Shown here: piece by piece, positions 48,836 to 59,044 of the stretch | Numbering within the stretch: the first letter of the stretch is position 1 | How the letters are laid out: each line of letters opens with the position of its first letter | DNA from: Mobula birostris | Lineage: Eukaryota | DNA: 63,878 nucleotides | Reading direction: 5' to 3' | Assembly (NCBI RefSeq): GCF_030028105.1 | Contig: NC_092379.1 | Coordinates: 26,901,821 to 26,965,698, forward strand | Notes under the pieces: model-generated | Database searches by the model: none | Seen by the model: the letters and a program-made list of their open reading frames with translations, nothing else | What the model was told of the DNA's origin: nothing | Program-made: the position numbers and the translations under genes

Positions 48836-48874
48836 CACAGCGGTATAGAACTGGTCTGAACCTGTACAATAACT
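48836..48874 (+). promoter_or_regulatory. Recombination signal sequence, 23-bp spacer (V4)
   Basis: CACAGCG + GTATAGAACTGGTCTGAACCTGT + ACAATAACT. Confidence 0.9.
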
Positions 48875-51800
48875 ACTTTAGTTCCCTAGTGGCTGCTAAG
48901 TATAACCACCGCTATTTGAGCCTCTGTAGCTTCTTGGTCGACCCGCCAGAAGTATAAATATCTATACATTTCCTGAGACTGTTATCCGATAGGTTGAGGC
49001 GCCTTCAGCCTATAACTCTTCAATCTGTTCCAATGCACATGCAACCACCAACATTCCTTCTCTAGTCTTTCACACGACAACGGAAACGATAACCTTCCAT
49101 TGTTTCTTTTTTCACTCACCATTTCGAAGAAGAACCTCTTTCCCTTGCGTTGGGGTGGGTGCGAATTCTGGAGTCAAAATGTTGTTTATTCTCCAATATA
49201 TTACTGTGTTAAAATCTCACAAATTCCGCAATTTAATATTTCTTACACGCTTTAACATGAAAACTTATTGTTTTATTTGTTTTTACTTATAAATATTCTT
49301 TTCGGTTAGAAGCTATACCGCAGCGCCCGCGTATGGTTTGCTGAGTAACTGCAATCTAACATTGCCGGGGTGTTCACAACGACCACAAGGAACAAGCAGG
49401 TGGTTGCTCCTGTACAGGACGAAATTGAATTTCAATTTACCGCTCACCCTCACTGAGTCAATTGAGGAAAATATAGTTTACAGTGCGAGCTTTATAGTAT
49501 TTTTCCTCAGAATTGCACAGCAAGCACCCTTCGTTTCAGGAAATAACATCAACACCACTCATAACACTATACAAAAAAAGTCCGTGTAATGAGTAACAGA
49601 AAAACTGTGGGCAATTTAACGAGGAACGGGTACGTGAAAGATTTTTCATGAAAAAAAAAATAGGTTAATGGCAAGGCTTGCCAAAGTGTCAATGATATGA
49701 GCTTTCGAAATCTGTTGACATGTACAGTCGTCACGTCAAGTCAAATTTATTTATAAAACACTTTTAAAGACAGCCCATGTTGACCAAAGTGATGTACAAA
49801 CTATAACAGGTAGCTAAAATAGCAAATACAAGAAACACAGAAACAAACAACAAGGCACACAGCTTAAAGGCACAAAATAAACAACACATGAGCCTAGGCA
49901 CAAGCTAAAAATCAGCCACATCAGGACGATTCAAACGCTAGTGAATAAAGGTAAGTTTTGAGCCTGGACTTCAAGAGTCAATGGAGCGGGCAGATCTGAT
50001 AGCGAGGAGAATGCTATTGCACATTCCAGGAGCTACAGCATATCATACAGTAATGTTATATGCAGAGTTCGTGCCAAAATTATAATAAATATTACGTAAA
50101 TAAAGTCTTGTCTTCTGATTATTGGATATATTATGATATGGACCTCGACTACTGCGATTTTGAAAGGGTGCTGCATTGTTTTAAAACAATGAGTAAAATT
50201 ATTATTAACAAGATCAACACGAAATCTTTCTGGTTTTACTGAAGCTATTTTGCTGGTTTGTCAAAATGTCCTTCAAATAAACTGTTGCTTCTAGTCTGCA
50301 TGTCGGTTCTACGCAGTAGGGTCAGTCATTTCTTCAGCAAACACTGCAACTGTAAATTAGGAAAATGCAATACGAATAAATATTTTTCGGGAGGGGGGAG
50401 GTGGTGATCTTATTTGAATGCAGTGTGCTTGCGGTATGTTGACTGCTGTAATCGCAATTGTGGATAGAGTTAATATTTTCTGTTACTTTTATTTGTCAAC
50501 GATTGTCATCAGTTTAATAAAGGCAAATAGTAGATATTTTTTTTTCTATGGCAACTAGATCAAATAGACATTATACCATTGTAATATGAAACAGATGTGG
50601 ACGGATGTTTGAGAGATTAGATTAGTTTAAACACGTGCTTGAATTTCAAGATCATTGCGTACATGTGGCTGAATAATTCAGTTTTAAAGTGCAAAATTTA
50701 TAAATTTAATAAAAAAAAGTCAGCTGTTATAATTCATTATGGCTGGTGTAATTTCAACAGAATATGATCAATATGAGCAGCATGGACGTTACAGTGACCG
50801 TGTCTGTACGAGGACGAACATAATTCGGTTAATTTAATTGAAGCCCGTACGGTGAAATCTAAGTCCATGGAGCTTCGTGTAACGTGGCGATTAATGGGTT
50901 CTAAATCCTAACAAAAATTCTGTATTTTAAAACACATTATAGGTAGTAGAATAACACGGAAAAGGCGGTGATAATGCAAATGGTGGAAAATACAATGTCA
51001 TTCCTACTTCAGGCGATGTACGCTCTTGAATATATGTCACAAAATGGTTTAATAAGACTAGTTATAATAGTCTTATTCCCCACTGGAATAACAACAGCAG
51101 CGCCCAGCGGAAGCCTCGGGAATTTAAAGTGTGACGTAAACAGAGAAAATAAACATTACTTCTAATAAGTAGGGACTGAGCCACGACCGAGGATGAAGTG
51201 AAGAACATCCGTATTACTTCACTCCGGTATCGGTATGTCATGTCATCAAACAACGCTGGAGTCAGGAAGCGACGAAAAATTGAAGTGCTTTCTGAGATTC
51301 TTCGTGCTTAGCAGCCGACAATATTCTCCTTGTATTTTTAAGTGTCTCTACGTCTCATACTACAGAAACACTTGCAAATCCATTAATCATTAATTAAGTT
51401 GAGTGTATTATGATTGGTGCTCTGAACACATCTTCTGATATGTAAATACGTATGGCAAATAGTAATCGTCTCTGAACTCCTAAAAAAAAAGCAAACTGTA
51501 TTCTTTCTACTTTTTAGTGAACTATTAAACCGTGATGAACGCAAACCACATTAAGAAAAGGTTTAGAATACATTGTTGTGAGGCAATGCGAGTCTTCAGT
51601 TTATGCAGACTTTGGCAAGAAGTGCGGAGCCTCGTCTGAGACTGATCGGTTGTTGCTTCCATTAACTCCACAAAAACCTGTTTACCTCTTCGATTCCGCC
51701 AATCATTTGTGTGTCTCGAACTATCAATCCCTCACCGTTTCATTGTTCCACCATGCAATCAATTAACCTGAAACAGGCAGATCGGATAGTGCTGGTTGTA

Positions 51801-53719
51801 AGTTACTTCCTCCGAGTTGACTATGACGCTGTATATAAGAGACAAAGCGAAAGATAGGAGAGGGAGAATCGACCTGACAGAATGTCGTAGGAAAAGTCTG
51901 AACGCATGTTTCTCTTAGTGAATGTCAACATAAAAGATGCCAATGCAAAATCTAAGTGAGAAACCGACGATTTCGGCGGACTTAGAGGAGGAAATAATCT
52001 CACCAAGAGATTTCTCAATATCTTTTTTTCCCCACGTTGCCGTCGGAGATTACTTACAAAAATATTCAATAATGAGATTGTCAAAAACTCAGAAGTATCA
52101 TATAGGTAAAGCGTGTTATCGCAAAGAAAGGGAAATGCTGTCCACCACGATCAGTTTCAAAATGTTATCGATCCTGCTCAATTTCAGCATTGTACATTAT
52201 GAAAACACCATCTCTATTTTCTCTAACTCTGCTTTTGAAACAATTCAATTTGTTTATATAATCCTCTCTGGTAGCATGTCAGAAATATCAACCACATACT
52301 GAACTAAGGAAAGTAAGAGCTACACTTCAGCTCTCTTTGAAATGTTCACCTTATTAGATTAAACATACGAAACACACGCCCCAATGTATTTAAGAATTAG
52401 CAAGCACGCAATAATATATTTTACACTCATTACTTTGCTGATATTTTGAAAAATGCTTTGTCCCTTTACTCCAGAGATCCTGCGGTTTCAAATAAGAACA
52501 GCATACATACATCGATTGTGGCCTGGCCGTTAATATCTCCTGATCAAAACAACGTCTCAGGCAATCGAATTTCTCCTAAAAAAATAAAAAAAAAAAAAAA
52601 AAAAAAAAAAACCAAAAGACGGCGGAGCAAAGTACCGATTCCCATGCCATGCCTTTGGATTCAATGTTCACAAATCCTTAAACTCCAAATAAGATCATAA
52701 AACCTGTCCGATAGAACAATCTGCGTGTTATATTATTGCTGCATCGTTATAGAGTACTCACCTAATCTTTCAGAACTTGCTACGATCATGTCTAGTCTCT
52801 GCAGCGAGTTGAAAATGGCGATACTTAAATGCTCAATGCGATTGCGACGTGCACACAGTCACAAAACTGAACAAATCAGTCCCAGCTTATGATTTAGTTA
52901 AAGTTATGTTATTTTACTTCCGAAGCCCCGACATGGACGTCTCGGTCTACAGCTCTCACTGAAAGCAAAAAGAAACATTAGGTATTGCCGTTTCAGCCTG
53001 CTCACAAAAAAGTTTTTCCATTTCTGTTTTTCTTTCTCTTTTCACTATTTTATCTACTTCATTGAACTCAACACATTTTTCTACATTGATTTCTTATATC
53101 CTTCATTGTAAGGCTGCCGTACATTTTAAGAAATATGTCGAACGATGACAGTGATATTAAGTCTGATTTTAACTGTGCTTTTACCTTTCTATGAGACATA
53201 TTTAATTTCTGGACAAGTGATAAAAAAACACAAATTTAACACTCAAAAGGAATAGGGGGGTTATAAAAGATATATGATCACCATAAGACCTTTCGGATAT
53301 AGGAGCAGAATTAGGCCATTTGGCACATCGTGTGCACTCCGCCATTTCATCATGGCTGATGCAATTTTCCCCTTAGCCAAAATTTACCTTCCAGTTTCTC
53401 CCCATATCCAGTCATATATTGACCAATGAACAGTCTATCAAACTTTGTTGTAAATATACAAATAAACTTATTCCACAACTGCGTATGCCAAACAATGCCA
53501 CATGCTCATAATCCTTTGGCTTAAAAAAAATAGAAAACGAAATAAAAACATCTTCTGTTCTAAAACATCACCCCTCTGTACTGAGTCTGAGCCTGTGGTG
53601 CTAGACCCTTCTGCCATTGGAAGTATCGTCTCCACACCCACCCTATCAACGACTTTCACGATCCGGTATGTTCCAATGAATTCTAATGAGTAGACAAAGA
53701 AGTCATCTGGCGCTTCTCT

Positions 53720-54035
53720 TATGTTAAGTCATACAACCCTCGAATTATTTCCCTGAAACTGTTTGAAACCTTCTCCAGTCTCAGCAACCTCTCGTCTCTC
53801 TTTTACAATTCATGTATTTGAATAAACTTTAGTTTCCGCTTTAATATTTAAACTACCGCACATTAAGATTCCGTCATTGAGTTTTAATCACATTTTGTAG
53901 CGTTCACTCTTTATTTCCAAGCCTCTAAATTCGCACTAATCTCTGATCTATTATATGCCCTCTCTCTGGCTTTTATGCTGGCCTTGACATTTCCTGTTCG
54001 CCATAGTAGTGTCATCCTTCCTTTAGAATAATTCT
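53720..54035 (-). mobile_element. CR1 ORF2 fragment
   Basis: The reverse complement gives a degenerate KGRMTLLW...VKASIKARERAYNR, from the linker between endonuclease and RT. Confidence 0.55.
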
Positions 54036-54039
54036 TCGT

Positions 54040-54058
54040 GTATATATATATATATATC
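54040..54058 (+). repeat. (TA)n microsatellite
   Basis: Directly visible between two oppositely oriented CR1 fragments. Confidence 0.85.
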
Positions 54059-54059
54059 T

Positions 54060-56220
54060 ACCAAATTGCAATGATCATAATATAATTTACTTCAGCTTGA
54101 AAATTGATAGTGCGGAGGCAAAGCTTGACGTACCAGAATTTCAGTGGACTAATGGAAATTACAGTAGTATGAGAGAGGTGTTGACCAAAGTAAATAGGAC
54201 GAATATGCCGGCAGGGAGCAACAGTCGCGTCAGTTTCTGAATAAAATGAGGAAAGTACAGGATAGATGCTTTCCAAAAACGAAGAATTACTCAAACGACA
54301 AACAGTACAACACCGGCTGGCAAGAGAGGTCAAACCTAACGTAAAAGCGAAACAAAGGGCATAAAACAAAACAAATATTTGCAGGGAAATAGAGGATAAC
54401 GACATTTTTAAATCATTATTGAAAGCAAATAAAAGTCGTTAGAAGCGAAAAGGTGAAATATGAAATCAAGCTAGTAAACAATATGAACGTGGATAGTAAA
54501 AAAATGAAACGATGTGGAACTAGAACATTGGTGAGTGTAGATATGAGACCGGGAAAGTAATTACTGGAGCAAGGTGTTGGAAAATAAACTAACTGAACAT
54601 TTTGCAACCTTTACCGCTCTGGAATAAACTAGCAGATGCTGAAGAATTCAAGAAGGATAAGTGACTGTAGTTACTCTTACAAGGAAGAAGGTGCTCAAAA
54701 AGCTGAACGACATAACGGTAGTTAAGCCACCTGAGCCAGGTGAACTGCGCCCTAAGGTTCTAACAGAGGTAGCAGTAGAGAGTGTTGAGGCATTTGTAAT
54801 ATTATTTCAGAAAAGAATATTGGACGCTGGCATGATGTCAGAGTGCTGGAAAATTACAATTGTCACTCCACACGTTCGGAAAGGAGAAAGGAAGCGGAAA
54901 GGAAATTATAGTCTTTTAGCCTGACCCTAGTGTTGGGAAGATATTAATAATGGTAGAGACAAAGTACAAGGTCGGAAAAGACACCATGGTTTCCTTAAAG
55001 GAAAGTCTTACCTCTGAAACCTAATGGAATTCTGTAAGGGGTTTACATGTACGATTGGTAAACGGGATGCAGTGGACGTTGTATTTTTGTACTTCCAGAA
55101 GGCTGTTGATAAGGTCACACACGTGAGGCTACTTATCAGGTTTAGAGCCCACGATGTTACAGTAAAGTTACTGGCATGGTTAGAGGATTAGCTGTTTGGT
55201 AGCAGGCAGCAAGTGGGAATATAATTATTCTTATCTGGTTGTCTGCCAGTAACTGTGGGATCTCCGCTGAGGTCGGTATTGGGAACATTTCTTTTCATGC
55301 TGTACATCATTAATTTTGTGATAGAATAGATAGCTTTGTTTCCAAGTTTGAAGATAGTTGAAGGGCGGGTAGTGTTGTCGAAACAGGTACGATACCGACA
55401 GACAGAAAAAAAAAATAAACGAAAATGAGCAAGGGAGTGGCAAGTGAAATACAAAGTTGGAAATGCTCAATTAATTTATTTTTGTACTAGAAATAACTGT
55501 GCAGACTATTCCCTAAACGGAAACAAAATCCAAAAATAGGAGATGCAAATTGATTTAGGTGTCCTTGTGCAGAACAGCCCAATGGTTACCTTGCAGGTGT
55601 TGTCGCTTGTGAGGAAAGCCAATGCAACGTTCGCATTAATTTCAAGATGTCTATAATACAAGCACAGAGATGTGGTGATTGGGCTTTATAATACATCGTA
55701 AAGCCTCTCCTTGACTATTGTGAACAGTTTTGAAGTCTTCATCTTAGAAGCGATGTGTTGGTATTGACGAGTTTTCAGCGCAGTTTCACAAAAAAAAACG
55801 ATTCCGGGAATAAACGACTTATGATACGGCGTAGTTTGATAGCTCTGGGTCTGTACTTGCAGGAATTTATAAGGCAGAGGGATCTCATTGGAACGTTTCG
55901 AGAGTGCTGATGAGGAAAACGATGGTTCCCAGGTTGGGGTAGTCTAGGACAAGAGAGCACAGCCTCAGGATAGAAGGTTGTGAATTTAAAACAGAGAGGT
56001 GGAGAAAGTTCTGCAGCAGGACGCGGTGAATGTGTGGAATTTATTTGCACAGGCAGCTGCAGATGCCAGCTTGATGGATGTATTTGAGCCACAGCTTCGT
56101 GCTTTATTGATTGAAAGCGGCATTAAAGGTTACGGGGAGAGAGTTACGAATTGTGAAAGGCTAAAAAGATCATCCATGATTGACCCAATAGCCAAATTAT
56201 GCTCCTATGTCTTATGGTCC
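54060..56220 (+). mobile_element. Degenerate CR1 ORF2 (end of endonuclease through RT) and 3' tail
   Basis: The ORF at 54661-54924 (KVLKKL...KPPEPGELRPKVLTEVA...WKITIVTP...KGER) is CR1. It is followed by FQKAVDKV-H-like and 3' UTR motifs and ends GCTCCTATGTCTTATGG. Confidence 0.8.
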
Positions 56221-56639
56221 AATCAGTTTTGCTTGCTGGTACAAAACCAATCTAGAACAGCTTATCCTCTGCAGGAATTAACCACGAGATGTTCTAAAAA
56301 TTCCATAGCGTCAGGACTAGAAACACCCCTTCCTGTAAACCAGTATCACCCGATTTTCCCAATCATTCTGCATATTAAATTCCCGCATTACTATTGTAAC
56401 TTTGCCCTCTTGGCATCCATTTTTAAACGTCCGTGGTAAGTTTCAGGCAACGTGCTTACTGTATACGTAATGATTCTAACGGTTTGATGTCATTGTTTTA
56501 TGTACACAGCAAAGCCGCCCCCTCTGCATCCCCGTCTATCGTTTCGATACAATGCTTATCCTTTGGACATTATGCTACCACTAATAATTTTTCAGCCATG
56601 GTCCCGTGATGACCACTGTGTCATGACTGCAAATTTGTC

Positions 56640-57430
56640 ACTGTACTGGACGATCACATTCCTTACTTCATCTTCTGCGCACATTCAGATACGGCACCTT
56701 CAGTCTTTTAGTCACCCTTTCCGATCGTGTCGCGCTATTCTCATACTTATAATTCCGAACATATTTTGAGGTCTTATAACATCTGCCTACACACTCTCTC
56801 TCAGAATAATTTGGGCACTCCGGTTCATATCGCCTTAGAACACTAGTTTAAAACCTACCGTGCAGCAGTTACAAACTTCCCATCCAGGGCATTCGTCCCC
56901 ATCCAGTTCAGGTGCAAACCGTCCCTTCCGTACAGGCCCACCTTCGCTTGGAAAGAAAAGGCCAATGATATAAAAATATTACGCCCCACTCTCCTACACC
57001 AACATTTTATCATATTGTAAACTGTATAATCATGATGACTCTAAACTCAGTAGCACGCGTCACAGGTAGCTGTCCTGACATCACAACCTTGGAGGTCCTG
57101 GCCTTTAGTTTAGCACATAAATCCCCACGCTCCCTATGATGAAAGTCAACACTGGTCTTACCCATGTCATTGGTACCAACAAGACTCATGGCTTTTAGTT
57201 TTTCATTTTCTCATTTGAGAATGCTGAGAACTTCATCGGAGAATATCCTGGACCCTGGCACCACCCAGGTAACGTATCATCCGGCAATCTGGTTTTCGAG
57301 CACAAAATCCCCTGTGTGGAACTTTAACTGACGAATCCTCTATTAACATAACATACCTCTTCTTCTCCCAGACCGTTTGCATAAGAATTCCATGCGAAAT
57401 GAAGGAGCACACCAGAGTTGCAGCTGAATG
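56640..57430 (-). mobile_element. CR1 ORF1 (esterase region) remnant
   Basis: The reverse complement contains degenerate LYGRDGLHLNWMG and CCLPGARV-like motifs of CR1 ORF1. Confidence 0.55.
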
Positions 57431-58249
57431 AGCTGAAAGAAAAAAAAAATGGAAGGTAACCTTGTTCATATTTCTGCCATTTTCTCGCCATTTCTAAAAA
57501 CTCCAAACTATTTATAATACTTATACCATTTTGCTCTTACTGGAAATTATTTCCATTTGATGTATTCCGTACATCCCTAGGACGAGCGGACTCACGCAGA
57601 TTGTTCGGATTGTTCGAAGTTTCTGGAACAAGGTTTACACGCATCTCAAATTATTGCTAACAGGGATGGCACTCTGTGTGCAGGTATATGCCAGCTATAG
57701 CTGATCATGCAGTGGCCGAATGAGTGACGCATTGTACAAAGTGTCATGCTCACACTTCGTAACCATATCTCCTAGGCAGTCAGACACTTTTTGAAAACTT
57801 TTTGAAAACTAGCAGTCTTAGTAGTGTAAACGATACGTTTTGAAAAGCTGTGTTTTCAAATACGAAATACATACTGCTCCTTGCAAAAGTCAGCAAAAAC
57901 AATTCTTGTTGCCTGCCATAATCTGAGCAATGAATATTTATTCCAAGTACAAATTTGCTGGGAGAACTCGGAATAATGTTACTGAAACAAATTCATACCA
58001 CCCGATTGTGGTGAACATCCAATGGTATGGTCTTCTGAAAGGTGTTGGCTGAGGGAAACTCTTAGGTACTTCCTGGAGCTCCGCACGAGTCCAGGGCTGT
58101 AGAGTAATCTTGACTAAACCACCATCTGCTGGCGAGTGATCTCTCTAAATGTCTTGCAAAACAAAGGATTTCAGTTAATTAATGAATGTGTTGGAAGTTA
58201 TGGTACAAACAATGGCGTTGTGCATTGTAGCATGTTCAGGTTTGCCTAT

Positions 58250-58945
58250 TGTCACGTACCCCGTGACGGTTTAAACAACCAGCAGAAATGGAAAACACCT
58301 TGGAGTCCAGTATTGCGATTAACTAATGGGATTTATTAGTAATTATGTAATACAGTAATATAATATCAGATGAATCAATCAGATTGGCAATGAATATATG
58401 TATGCAGTATAAGTGTGGAAAAAGCAAACCGAAGTTTCTTCAAGCCTAGGGGTAAATGACTACAGACTTACGGTGATAAATGCAGTTCAGTTCAGTTCGT
58501 GGTAATCAGTTGAGTAGTGATACAGAGAAACTGGTGTTTAGTTTTTCAGGTGAGCTGATGCCGTCGATCTTCCCGTTGTCTTCCGAAACTTCCAAGTTAG
58601 CGAAACTTGACCATGTTAGGAGCACTGTCTTCGAGTGATAGTCTACCAACCCGGGCAAGGGTTAGACACACTAGCAGACTCCACAGTATCGCTCTTTCAC
58701 GCACTAATAATCACAGATCGATCCTTAGTCCCACACTCGTGGGCACCTGGACAGAATAATGGTAACTTCACCACACCCTTGTGCGTCTGCGTGTCCCCCT
58801 ATGAAACAAGCAATTTTGCTGATTTAACTACTGTTGTGCTGAACAACTGCTGTCCATCAAGTAGCTCCTCCCGTCTCTTATCTCTTATTGTAGGAACTTA
58901 GAAGCTGCCAGTGTCCTTGCTGAAGTCTCCCCCTCCCATCCCCCC

Positions 58946-58985
<40 letters not shown>

Positions 58986-59044
58986 GTTCTCCCTCTATCT
59001 CTTTAAAAGCACAGTTCCTAGGGATAATCCATGATCTCGCCACA
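58250..59044 (-). repeat. 3' LTR of the Gmr1-type element, preceded by a polypurine tract
   Basis: Runs TGTCACG...CGCCACA on the + strand. The adjacent CCTCTTTTCCTTTTAG (59045-59060) is the PPT on the minus strand. It contains a (CT)n tract at about 58950-58984. Confidence 0.85.

Larger units (their letters stand above)
27538..53717 (+). repeat. Segmental duplication, copy 2 (V3 to the V4 flank)
   Basis: Paralog of copy 1. Homology to the array ends at AAGTCATCTGGCGCTTCT (about 53717), which matches about 1970-1990 and about 30410-30425. Confidence 0.88.

Noticed and set aside
20354-48874. NAR-TCR cassette, IgH-like V (TAILV) or other unconventional doubly rearranging TCR delta system
   Set aside because: Each complete V has its own leader exon and only the two canonical cysteines in the mature domain. 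NAR-TCR supporting V-delta genes lack a leader and carry an extra cysteine. I saw no IgNAR- or IgH-like V, D or J segment in the spacers, although a degenerate one could be missed by eye.
53720-54600. Oppositely oriented CR1 pieces as a twin-priming 5' inversion
   Set aside because: The minus-strand piece overlaps the same part of ORF2 as the plus-strand piece and differs substantially from it, which fits two separate insertions.
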